From Macrostomum lignano (Eukaryota), in contig NIVC01000262.1 in NCBI GenBank assembly GCA_002269645.1, forward strand, positions 186,001-250,000: a DNA stretch of 64,000 bases, written 5' to 3'. Under the pieces are notes generated by a model. It saw only the letters and a program-made list of their open reading frames with translations. It ran no database searches and was not told where the DNA came from. The position numbers and the translations under genes are program-made. Positions 37,793 through 48,535 of the stretch are shown here, in pieces; position 1 is the stretch's first letter; each line of letters opens with the position of its first letter.

Positions 37793-37801
37793 AATGTACA
37801 C

Positions 37802-38406
37802 CGATCAACCACTTTAACATCTTGCCATCAAATACTACAACAACCTGCTACGACAAACCTCCAATCGAGGCCTTTTACAAGGGAAGGCGCATCCGAGGAT
37901 TTTTGGACACTGTCCACAATATTATTGTTGGAACCGCCATTCCAAGACCATGTACAAACTCAGCCAACTATTTCAACTTAAACGATCTACTACACCAAAT
38001 TTCGTCGGCAGGCGATATTAAAAACATTTCAAACTCGCAAGTTATTGTTGACGAGACATACGAAATGACGGACCTCCAAGTAAAATTCAATAAAACAACA
38101 TACAAACCCTTTGGAGATATTAAACTAGACGAAATCACCCCAGGATGGACTATCAACGATTTCCTGCAGGTTTTTATTTCACAACGGCAAGTACTAACAA
38201 AACTGTTCACGGAACGACAGCAACGAGATGCAGATCGACCTACATCTCCAATAGGAATGACTATGCACAATGCCATTCAATCGTTTTGGTCAAATAGCTT
38301 TCTGGACCTAATACAAGGACGAGGAAGTCTATACCAAGGTTTTCTTTTCTCCAGCGCTTGCATTGTATGGATCTACTTAGCGCTACTCATTCTTGTCAAA
38401 GTAGTC
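37802..38406 (+). pseudogene. env: Envelope glycoprotein, C-terminal part with transmembrane helix
   Basis: After removing the insertion the frame reads YKCT|PINHFNILPSNTTTTCYDKPPIEAFYKGRRIRGFLDTVHNIIVGTAIPRPC, matching the gB-type C..CY..P....G.L...N.I......C pattern. TM at 38338-38406. Confidence 0.8.
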
Positions 38407-38649
38407 CGATGCGCAGCAAGAAATTGTCCACAAACTCGAGGCATCTTTCAAATAATTAAACAAACAGACACTACCACTACAGGAGAAGAACCAACCGAAG
38501 AGACACCTATGCAAGTTCAAGAAATTCGATCAGAACCTACAGCACCAGAAACCTCAAACATTTATCCAAAAATCGATTTCAAGCCAGCAATTCCTCCGCC
38601 AATGTCACCTCCACTACCAACCGACCCAAAATGGCCAGCCAACTACGTC

Positions 38650-41600
38650 TGTACTCTCCAAGCCAATATGGGAAGAGCAATGGCTCAAGTACTTGTCAAC
38701 AACAGGCCCAGCAAAGCACTGCTTGATTCTGGAAGCTCCATCACTGTCATTACTAAGAGACTATATGGCAAACTACAACTTCGAATGCGACCATCATCCA
38801 TCGCTGTTGCTGGAGCAGGTGGACATGCGCTTAATATCCTTGGACAAGTTGGGATTATGCTCAAACTGGCAAATAAACAACTCCCTGTTCAAGCATTTGT
38901 TATCGACCACCTTCCAAGTCAAGATGTTATCATTGGAATTGACACATTCCAAAAACTGAATCTACCCTTGACATTTGATTTTAACAAACAGACATTCAAA
39001 CTAGACAACGTAGAACACCCATTGGTCAGCCAAGTTCATTTACAACCTAAAGTTCATCTCCGACAAGATGTATTCATACAGCCTGAAAGCACTTGTTGGG
39101 TTAAGGCTTATCTAGTAAATAACGAAGACGTCGAAGAAGCTATGATTTTCGAACCAAGAAAGAAACTACTAACAACAAAGGAAGTTCTAATTCCAACGGC
39201 ATTGGTCCTGATCACATCAGAAAAAGTTATTCCGGTACAGATTGTCAACCCTCACCAACATCCCGTTAAGATCTACGCAGGAACATGCATGGGACACCTC
39301 AACACACAAGCCTCCGTCATGCTGATTCAACATACAAAACCAACAAGGATGTCAAAGCAACAATTCTTACAACAAATTGATCTCTCGCAAAGTCCCATTA
39401 CGGAAGGACAAAAAACACAGGTCAGAGATCTACTTTGGAAGTACAATGACGTCTTTTGTCATCATGATTACGACATTGGTCGCGCTCGCGACATCAAGCA
39501 GAAAATCGAACTGCTACCCCACCAGGAACCCATCCAATGCAAACCATACCCGGTAGCAAAACATCTGCAACAACATTTTGATGAAATCATCGAAAAAATG
39601 CTCAAGGCCGGAATCATCAAACGAACAGTCTCAGCATATTCATCACCGTGTCTACTAGTTGAAAAAAAGGAAACAAATGAAAGACGACTTGTCTGTGACT
39701 TTCGAGTCCTAAATAAATACATCCCCACAGATCAACAAAGTCTACCAAAGATTTCGGAACTATTGGCACGACTGAATACAGCTACTCTCTTCACCGTATT
39801 TGATCTACGACATGGCTTTTGGCAAATTGAACTTGAAGAAGAATCGAAACAATATACAGCATTCAAGACCTACAAGGGAGAAGTCTTTGCGTACCAGAGA
39901 AGCCCAATGGGAATTTCCAACTCCCCAGCGACCATGAGCCGCTTAACAGCCTACATGCTAGCGGGATGTACGAATCTATTGCATTATGTGGACGATATTC
40001 TCGCCTTCGGCGATAATTTCGAACAACTACTGAGTGTCATGGAACAAGCTCTCTTTCTACTTCAGAAACAAGGACTAAAACTACAACCTACAAAATGTAA
40101 ATTCTGCAGAGATTCAGTCCGATATCTGGGACATCATGTTTCAGCAAGAGGAATTTCACCCGACCCTAATAATGTCGAAAAGGTCAAGAAGTTCCCCAAG
40201 CCTACGACACTTACAAAACTACAATCATTCCTTGGATTAGCACAGTACTTCCGAAAATTCCTACCTAACTTCGCGCAAACTGCAAAGCCATTATATGAGT
40301 TGTTGAAGTTACCGAAATGGAAGGAAGAAAATTGGAAAACGGAACAGCAAAACAGTTTTGATAAAATTAAACAGCAACTAACCAGCGACGCTCTGCTCAA
40401 ACACCCAGACTTCCAAAAGCCGTTTATTATCGAAACCGATGCATCAGGAAGTGGTTTAGGAGCTGTACTACTACAAGAAACAGATCAGAAAAAGGAAAAA
40501 CCAATTGCCTTTATCAGCCGAGCCCTGCGTCCAAATGAAACAAAATGGTCTGCCACCGAACGTGAATTACTAGCGATTTTATTCGCTCTTCGACAGTTTC
40601 ATTACTACATCTACGGATCACCGCTACCAACCATCATCCGCACAGACCACGCACCGCTGACTCATGTTGTCAAAACAAAAGGACAAACGAATAACAGACT
40701 TATCCGGATGGTCCTCAAAATTCAGGACTATAACTTTCATCTCATCTATAAACCAGGACCTACAAACAAGGCCGCGGATGCGCTATCAAGAGCATATGAA
40801 GTCAATGCTGTCCACCCCATTCCAACCATGATGGATCTATTGAAAGCGCAGCAAGAAGATAATTTCTACAAAGCTGTATACGAAGACACAGAAGAAATGC
40901 AAAAACCGCTCACCAAGATCGAAAAGAAATTTTTACGGAAACAAGGCAATAATCTCATCTTCAGAGAACTAGCACTTTACTGGCTGCACAATAATACCCC
41001 AAGATTGTACCTACCATACAACTATCGCGCTGCAATCCTACATGAACTACACGACACACTCCTAGCCGGACATTTATCTGCCAAGAAAACAATCAACAGA
41101 ATAGCCCAGTTCTATTTCTGGCCAACAATGAATGCAGACATCCGCAATTACTGCCTACAATGCCACTCATGTGCTAAACTACTAAATATCCAAAAAATTT
41201 TCACCTCCACCTACAATCCAAAAGCTAACCTAGTAGAACGATTCCATAGAAATCTACACGAAATGTTGACACACTTCGTCTATAAGCAACCTGAAGATTG
41301 GATCATATACCTGCAGTCAGTGACAATGGCCTACAACAGTGCAGTACACCGTTCAACAGAGAACACACCGTTTTTCCTTATGTTCTCTCGAGACTTTCAG
41401 CCACCAAGCCTACTAGTCCAAAAACTGTTACCTTCTCAGTACGTGGAAACGCCAACAACACTACAAAAGTTTACTTCGCAGCTACACCTGGCATGGCAAA
41501 TCGCGAAACACAATTTAGAAAATCAACAGGCAGTAGTCACCACCAGCAATCATACATCTACTCTACAAGTCAGAGACATCGTTTACCTACATTACCCTGC

Positions 41601-41877
41601 GCAACATACGCATAAACACGCACTTAAATACAAAGGACCATTCCGAGTAACGGCATTGGTATCGGCAACAACGGCACGCCTCGCTAATATCCAGGATCTA
41701 CATCAACCTCAGTTCTATGTTCACATTCAACGTCTAAAACGTATCACTAACGACACTACATTCCTCCCAGACCTACAAAATCCAGACCACACAAAACAAC
41801 AAACAAACACATTGCCACTGCACACGCCGAAACATAAACAACAAACGCACCACCTGTCGGTCATACGTACAACCTAA
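38650..41877 (+). CDS. pol: Pol (PR-RT-RH-IN), in frame with env; integrase core internally deleted
   Basis: LLDSGS at 38725, RLVCDFR, YVDD at 39985, ETDASG, TERELLA, TDHAPL, H..GH/CHSC. The sequence then jumps at ~41180 to LNIQKIFTSTYNPKANLVER, lacking both catalytic Asp motifs; YKGPF is present. Confidence 0.95.
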   Translation, partial: CTLQANMGRAMAQVLVNNRPSKALLDSGSSITVITKRLYGKLQLRMRPSSIAVAGAGGHALNILGQVGIMLKLANKQLPVQAFVIDHLPSQDVIIGIDTFQKLNLPLTFDFNKQTFKLDNVEHPLVSQVHLQPKVHLRQDVFIQPESTCWVKAYLVNNEDVEEAMIFEPRKKLLTTKEVLIPTALVLITSEKVIPVQIVNPHQHPVKIYAGTCMGHLNTQASVMLIQHTKPTRMSKQQFLQQIDLSQSPITEGQKTQVRDLLWKYNDVFCHHDYDIGRARDIKQKIELLPHQEPIQCKPYPVAKHLQQHFDEIIEKMLKAGIIKRTVSAYSSPCLLVEKKETNERRLVCDFRVLNKYIPTDQQSLPKISELLARLNTATLFTVFDLRHGFWQIELEEESKQYTAFKTYKGEVFAYQRSPMGISNSPATMSRLTAYMLAGCTNLLHYVDDILAFGDNFEQLLSVMEQALFLLQKQGLKLQPTKCKFCRDSVRYLGHHVSARGISPDPNNVEKVKKFPKPTTLTKLQSFLGLAQYFRKFLPNFAQTAKPLYELLKLPKWKEENWKTEQQNSFDKIKQQLTSDALLKHPDFQKPFIIETDASGSGLGAVLLQETDQKKEKPIAFISRALRPNETKWSATERELLAILFALRQFHYYIYGSPLPTIIRTDHAPLTHVVKTKGQTNNRLIRMVLKIQDYNFHLIYKPGPTNKAADALSRAYEVNAVHPIPTMMDLLKAQQEDNFYKAVYEDTEEMQKPLTKIEKKFLRKQGNNLIFRELALYWLHNNTPRLYLPYNYRAAILHELHDTLLAGHLSAKKTINRIAQFYFWPTMNADIRNYCLQCHSCAKLLNIQKIFTSTYNPKANLVERFHRNLHEMLTHFVYKQPEDWIIYLQSVTMAYNSAVHRSTENTPFFLMFSRDFQPPSLLVQKLLPSQYVETPTTLQKFTSQLHLAWQIAKHNLENQQAVVTTSNHTSTLQVRDIVYLHYPAQHTHKHALKYKGPFRVTALVSATTARLANIQDLHQPQFYVHIQRLKRITNDTTFLPDLQNPDHTKQQTNTLPLHTPKHKQQTHHLSVIRTT

Positions 41878-42019
41878 GACCTCGTTAAATTATTCTATTT
41901 ATGTCCCCGTGTAGTGACCGGGATAAATAATAGCACTACAGCTTCCTCAAGCTTGTCGTAAGAGGCGACTAAATCCTTGTTTTCCTACAAACACTCACAC
42001 AACTTCGACAAACACGACA

Positions 42020-42677
42020 ATGGATTGTCCTATCTGTCTCGGAGAATTTTCATGTAAACTACCTTGTATATGTGTCAATAGACACCAGGTGTGTGGTTCT
42101 TGCTTAAGCCTTGCACATTACAAAAAACCTTTAAAAAATTGCCCTATGTGTCGAGGTAATCTCCGTCAATGCATGATATGCAACTCCTGGCGCACTGAAC
42201 AATATTGCTTAAATCAACATTTTATGTGCACACAATGTATTAAGAAGCTTGCTTATCGCTCCATTTGTCAGTGTCCTATATGCGATACCACCCCTTTACC
42301 TAAAGTTAACAACAAACTTGCATGCATTCAAGCAGACTAGCTCGTATAACCTACAGCTTCACCCATTCACTTATGCTCTTTTTCCATCACATGCTATAAT
42401 TATCCGCCTCAGATCATGGCCCATACCACGTGTTGCTTATAAAACACGTAAATACCTCGTTCGCTATTCCTCTTCCTACGGTTCTAGACTCCGGCAATTA
42501 TCTCCACAAGAAATTGAACATAAGCTGTTTAAAATTGTTAATGATATGAATTTTCACCCATGCCCCATCCTCTGTACAACTCTACCTGCACTCATTCTGC
42601 GTAATGACGACTTATCTTACATATTACCACCCCAAGAATCGTATCAGTATATTAGTTCCGAATCAGAAAGTAATTAA
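42020..42677 (+). CDS. Accessory ORF A: tandem double RING-HC protein (42020-42340, possibly extended by a frameshift to 42677)
   Basis: C-x2-C-x11-C-x3-H-x2-C-x2-C-x12-C-x2-C followed by C-x2-C-x8-C-x3-H-x2-C-x2-C-x11-C-x2-C. Confidence 0.8.
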
Positions 42678-42693
42678 TATCTTGCCCACAGAT

Positions 42694-43290
42694 ATGGAAG
42701 ACTGCCCGATATGCCTCGACACCAAGCCGTATATGGTGCCTACGTGCGCATGGGGCCATCTGGCCTGCAACGACTGTGGCGAAAGAGAGGAAATTACACG
42801 ATGTCCACTCTGTCGACAAGACAGGGTGTGGTGTATCGTTTGCGGCGACCTCCCCCAACTCCAATTGTGCACCCAGGGCCATTGGAGTTGCGTTTCTTGT
42901 GCCGAAACAATTGCACGCCGCGACATTCGGCACTGCCTAGAGTGCGGTTGGGCAATGACAACCACCACGCTAGACTACACGCGTAGAATACCAATCGTTC
43001 CGGAAACCCAGCTCCACACGGAACAAATAGCCACAATGTCCACAGCTGACCTGACGTGGGCCATCCGGACACGGCCCGTGACCTTACGCCAAGTCGTCTT
43101 CCGTGACAGACTGCTAGAAATGGGCCGCAACATCACGGTGGACACTACAATCACCACCGACGTGACAGCCTATCTCACCATCCTCGACAGGACAGAAGAT
43201 ACAGGCTACACACCACTTCAGTTCCTATACTGGCCAATGGTCACCTTAATAATGCGGCTAAAGGCCATGCTAAGGCATGCCTTCGAGTAA
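42694..43290 (+). CDS. Accessory ORF B: tandem double RING-HC protein, 198 aa
   Basis: MEDCPIC-x10-CAWGHLACNDC-x8-CPLC then CIVC-x8-CTQGHWSCVSC-x11-CLEC, followed by a non-Cys C-terminal region. Confidence 0.82.
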   Translation: MEDCPICLDTKPYMVPTCAWGHLACNDCGEREEITRCPLCRQDRVWCIVCGDLPQLQLCTQGHWSCVSCAETIARRDIRHCLECGWAMTTTTLDYTRRIPIVPETQLHTEQIATMSTADLTWAIRTRPVTLRQVVFRDRLLEMGRNITVDTTITTDVTAYLTILDRTEDTGYTPLQFLYWPMVTLIMRLKAMLRHAFE

Positions 43291-43543
43291 CAAATAATTT
43301 ATAACCCTTACTCTAACACGCTTAACTCGACGCGAACGCAGCGTACTAAATTAATTTGGTAATGGGTTTTTTTCCAGCTAATGTCGCAATTATGATATGT
43401 ACAATCCGCTCTTGCTCTATAAATACTTACATATTTATTCCACATCATTACTATGAATTCATGCTCATTTCTGTCAATAAAACCATAATTTTATTATTCC
43501 AACTTTAAATTCGGGACGAATTTTTTGTAACCATGGGAGATAT

Positions 43544-44158
43544 TGTAGAGAACAGTAAGTTATAACAAAACGCACTATTTAAAGTAATATTCTAACTAAA
43601 TCAATTTAAACTCGCAATCTATTTTTAGAATGAGTCATGATGAGTCTTATCTATTTTTAGAAATTCTATTTTAGAATGAGTCACATGCAAACAGAAGTGA
43701 CTCAGAGCCCTACGTAGGACCGACGTTTATTTGATCAAAAAACCGGTTCTCGTGAGTTTTATTTGCTTAATTCCATATCTGGTAATGCTCAAACATGCAT
43801 GACCGCTTAATCAAACATTTTTGACCTATGTAAATACCCAATCCCAAACCGGTTTTTCTCCAAAATTTTGCTATAAATATAAGTGAAAATTCAAGTCAAA
43901 AATTCAGACTCGGAGCGGTCTCTAAGAAGACACTGAAGAAATAAGAAGACCAATCTCTGAGGGACCATACCTGTCCAATTGATAAAAGTCAAGGACTCCC
44001 GGAGGTACTGAGTCACCTAAGCCAAACCAAGAAGCCTACAAGCCACTAAAGGATCCGCTGCAGTAAGTTATTTGAACTAGTAAATACCTAGGCACTTGTT
44101 CCCCAGTGTCTAGAAGTGGGAGTTTCTGAGTGACTGATCACCACTCTTAAACTCTTCA
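43544..44158 (+). repeat. 3' LTR
   Basis: Near-identical to 30220-30833; preceded by a weak purine tract (GGGAGA). Confidence 0.96.
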
Positions 44159-44329
44159 ACACCTACTAAATGCACACCTACTAAATATTGTTCTAATTCC
44201 TAATAAATAAAACTAACATGAAATATAATTTAATCTAATTAAATTTAAACACTGCTTCTAGTGACTTTTGAACAAAAAATTTTTAATTGACTTATTTATT
44301 TGGTACATGTAGCTAGTATTTTTTTAACA

Positions 44330-45700
44330 TCACATTCTCTTAATCACAATTGTTAACGCAAACTCTTCACCATTAATATCGACTCTATCTCCATCCTCTG
44401 TTTCAAACTTCAGAGCAATCTCATTAATTTCTTTATTGCTCAAAACAACTCTATTCACTGGATTGGGTTTCTCTACCAACATCTGATCGCCAGAAACAGA
44501 GTTTGATATATTAAAAAGTACATTTGTACGTTTACCTTTGAAGACCCAATCAAGACTCAAATTGCTACGAATTAAAATATTTAAACCTTTTACAATGTCG
44601 GCAATATTTGAAGTGTAGTGACTGGCTGCTAACTGGTTATTCAGCAGCATTCACTAGCTTTCCCTAAGAGTGCTGTGATACGCTGCACAGTTGCTCAGTC
44701 CACCTGATCTAGTGAGAGAGATACCCTGTGCTGGGCCTGAGTGTTTACTGCCCGATGACTCATCGCCTGAGAGGGCGCGGCAGCCACACTCAATGTTTTC
44801 CCCTCCCGCGCCGAGGAGGCGTAGCAGGATGACTCATCACCTGCGCGGAGTGTAAGGGCTGCCTAGAGGGAGTAAACAGGATGACTCATTCGCCCACGAT
44901 TCTATTTTTAGCACAGACTAAGCACGTGACTGTGCACGCACTCTGTGCATGGCCACTGACCTTGAGTCACGCCACTGCTGCGTGACAGGGTTGCCTTATT
45001 TGGAAGTTGGCCTTGGATCACGCGTCGCTCGCATGATTTTAATGCCCAAATAAGGAAGTTTCACGCGCTCACCGCATGAAACTCACGTGACTTTTGGGGG
45101 TCCGCTCGGCTATAAATACGGAGCATCTGCGAGCCATTTTTCTCCAGACTGCGTCGTCTCGCGGAGCATCGTGGCTGACTCGAAAGCCTTCTCCGAGCTC
45201 TCCTCTCTCATTTCAGGTTTTCAGGTTCGAGCAGCATTCTACTAAGACGATCGACTGTCGAGACATTTTCAGATTTGCCTTTGCTCCGAGCGTTTTCGTT
45301 ATTTTATTTCAGGTGACGGATAGACAACTCTGCCGACGCGTCGAGTCCGCACACCAAGGTGGCAGCAACCCTACCAAGTCAAGGCTAACGTTTTAGGTTC
45401 ATTTTCAGTCAAATCGATAGGTAGTACAACGGTGCTATCTAGCTTCTTCAGGAGCAGCGGGTTCTATTTCTAGGAAGATCTTCAAGAACCCGAGAAGGAG
45501 TAGTACTTCAGAAGCTAAGTACAAACCTTCTTTGTAAACTTTTGCTTCAAAGCCCATCTCTCTGCACCATGTGTCATTTTTAAACTCAATCTCAGCATCT
45601 TTATGAACTTGCAAGACAACTCTCATCACAGTGAGATCATAGGATAGTTTAGAAGGGAACAGTTTATTGTCTGGTCTACTTGGATTAGGTTTCTCAAAGT
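44330..45700 (-). pseudogene. Maverick/Polinton minor capsid (penton)-like gene remnant, split by a solo LTR
   Basis: C-terminal part NILIRSNL..G....L.NI......VEKPNP....I.EIALKFETEDGDRVDINGEEFALTIVIKR (44330-44650). Upstream part VVLQVH..IEF....EMGFEAKVYKEG (45435-45629). Confidence 0.6.
44674..45431 (+). repeat. Solo LTR, different family from the 30220 element
   Basis: Starts TGTGA, ends ACAACG (CA probably mutated). 4-bp GTGC flanks at 44670-44673 and 45432-45435. TATAAATA and four TGA(C/G)TCA sites. Confidence 0.6.
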
Positions 45701-46659
45701 GTTTTCGCTTAGAAAAAAAACATTCTCGAAAAAGTAATTATAAGTATCCACACTTTGTGTGCTTGCGGGAAGGGAAATCACCTCTGCTATCGCACCCTTT
45801 CATTTGTAATAGAACTTGTTATTAGCCAGGGTCAGAAGTAGTATGATAAGGGGCTGCGCCACACTTATTGCTCGGGTGCATTGCGCGCCAGCTCGCTGGA
45901 TGACTCAGTGAGGGCATGTGGGGGCATTGGCATGTGAAATATTTCACAGAACAGATTTTTCAGAATTTTTATACTTTTTAAAAAGGAGGGTGCCCTCGCC
46001 CTCATGCCGTCATTCATTTTGAAAATGACTAAAAACAGGTGAAAAATGACTAAAAACAGGTGAAAATGGTCTGAAAACAGCGACTTTTTGTGATTTTCAA
46101 AAATTTAAAAAAAGTGCAATTTTCACGATTCCAGCTCTAAAACCATGAGAAAAGTTGGATTCACGGGTCAATTCAATGCAATTTTAGGTATATACAATAC
46201 GAAAGTGTCATCCAATTTAATGATAGTAAATTTTATATATATGAAATTGCCTTCAGTAAACTATTATTTATATGAAATGCTTTAGATATTCAGTCAGTTA
46301 TAATAAAACTAGCACCCATCCTCTCCACTGGCAACTTTTTCATTCATAAATATTATCAAGTCCATATATGGTATTGTCAATTCGTCTTATGAATGAAGTT
46401 GTATGTAGTTTCATACAAATCTAGACCCCAACGAGTCTAAAGAAAAAAATTACAAGAGAGGACAATATCCAACGATACTAAATATAGCACACAAGTTAGC
46501 TACACACGCCCAACACGCTGAAACCTGTTGAGAAGATGTAGGCGTATATATGAATATAAAACGCAGCATGAGTCTTCTAAATATCTACCACCGAAAAGAA
46601 TTTTCTCCACTCTGTTACACATTTGCCTTACTTTTTGCACCGTCTACATCAACTACATC

Positions 46660-47426
46660 ATCATGGACAAGATCGAAAGCAAAATTGTCTCGAAAATCCA
46701 AGAAGTGAGTTCTTCTGATCAACCTTCTCTCGTTATTTCTCTTAACGGCCTATTGAAACATGAGAAGGAAAGTCTACTTACAATTTTGGAAAAACTGAAG
46801 ACTACACCAAAAGAAAAGAAGCCCTCCAGTGGCAAATCGACATCGGAATCGGCTAGCTACTTGCTAAAATTGATATGAACCTGGAGGTGATTATGCGAAG
46901 GAGATGCATAGTCAAGACTGACTTCAAGGATTGTCGCGATGTGCTAGGCATCAAGATTGATAATATGGCTGACAAAGATCTCGTCGAGCATTTCGATCTC
47001 CTTGGAGGTATTGTGGAGTCGCTGGACGTGCTAAAATAAATGCTTGAATTCAAGCGCGGGCGGATTGTTGATAAGATGCTAGCTGAGTTAAAAAGCGATG
47101 AAGCTGTTGGTGAAAAGCTTGGAATCGACTTCAGCTACGTCAGACGTCTGCACAACTTTTTCAAGTTTGCCTCTACATTCCCCGCCATCGTATACACAGG
47201 CTACTCCTTTGCTACTCTACTGCGGTTTAAAAAAACGATTGAGGATGAGGCAAAAAGCGATGTGAATTTCGAAACGATGCTTCTCTACAAACCAACCTGC
47301 TACTTCGACTGCGATGAAAAGCCTCGAGTTGTGAGGAAACAGTGGGAAGTTTTACAAGACTTGAGTGACAGACCGATTTTAGAAAAGACGCCCAAATGTA
47401 CTCATAGAAAAGACGCCCAAATGTAG
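46660..47426 (+). pseudogene. Intronless degraded ORF, possibly a Maverick accessory gene
   Basis: Near-continuous coding sequence (MDKIESK...; MLEFKRG...RLHNFFKFASTFPAIVY) broken by a frameshift and a stop. It lies between the penton-like and protease-like remnants. Confidence 0.4.
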
Positions 47427-47630
47427 GGAGTTATTAAACCATACCGTAATGCTCTACTTAAAGTAATATTCTAGGAAAGTCTATTTATTTTAGAATGAGT
47501 CAAATCTATTTTAGCAATCACGCGCAAACAGAATGATTTAGAACCCTACATTGTTTGAACAAAGAACCGGATTTTAACAGCTGTATTTGCTTAACCCCAT
47601 ATATGGTTATGCTCAAACATGCATGACCGC
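47422..47630 (+). repeat. Truncated LTR fragment related to the 30220 LTR
   Basis: Shares CTACTTAAAGTAATATTCTA, TTTTAGAATGAGTCA, ATTTGCTTAA and ATGCTCAAACATGCATGACCGC with LTR positions ~30250-30482, but is clearly diverged. Confidence 0.8.
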
Positions 47631-48001
47631 AAGTAGTAATAGAAAATTACGTCTATACCCCATTTGTCAATTGCAAAATACATAATAAGGTACCCGTCAA
47701 ATATTTTATTACGCACATACCTTATTTTTCTATTTAAAATTAAATTGTTAATAAGTGGTACCATAATGGTACCATACGTACCATTCGGTACCGAACTAAA
47801 TTGTTGGGTATTCTACAGGAATTCTAACTACAATGCACCATACCCACAAAGAATACAAAAGAAAAGATCTAAATTTCGATCAACCAACCAACGTGTCCAA
47901 AAACGCATTTTCGGTATATTTCTGCATTACAAGAATAGAGGCAACACTTGTGTTGCAAAGCGTCGTAGGCAAAAATACGCGCGCCGAAACTCATTTCCTC
48001 G

Positions 48002-48535
48002 TCAAGGCCCACAACCAAGAACATGCGTTAAAAGAAATAGAAGGCTACCACCACGAGTCAGTTTGAAATACAAATAAAACAACACCCAAATACGACACCC
48101 ACCTCGCTCGTACCACAATGACGAGTCCGAGGATCCTGAATAGCGAATCGACTGTAGGACCCCACATTTCGAAAATCCCCACATTCTCGCCCCAACCACC
48201 CTCTAATGGCATTGGCATTGGGTTGAGTGATTTTTCGGTGGATTTAAACCAAGCGAATCAAAATATTTCCCGACTCTTCATCCACAGCGCCCCCTAACCC
48301 GCCTACTACTCACTCAAACCGCAACCCAATGCCTACCAGGAAGATTCGAATTGTCTGTATTCGCCACAAAGAAATAGTCTTTACCATCTGAAGGAAATTG
48401 TCCAAGAGTTCTAATCGAGTCCTGAGGATACACACCCAAAAAGACAACACCAAACAGTCCCATACATAGATTTGTAATAATTGACCGCAAAAATCTATCA
48501 CTGACACCCTGCAACATGTTCAGATTCACTTCCAT
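48002..48535 (-). pseudogene. Maverick/Polinton adenain-like cysteine protease remnant
   Basis: FLGVYPQD, FFVANTDNSNLPGRHWVAV, YFDSLGLNPP, LQS and WVLFYLYFKLTRG occur in order, with several stops. Confidence 0.8.

Larger units (their letters stand above)
30220..44158 (+). mobile_element. Full-length Gypsy/Ty3-type LTR element with env between gag and pol and 3' RING ORFs
   Basis: TG...CA LTRs of 614 and 615 bp; 4-bp TSD ACAC at 30216-30219 and 44159-44162; PBS; gag, env and pol domains. Confidence 0.95.

Noticed and set aside
37627-37801. N-terminal ~58 aa of the 1416-aa ORF as genuine protein
   Set aside because: This part lies in the right TIR and TSD of the inserted DNA transposon; the real reading frame comes from env upstream of 34248.
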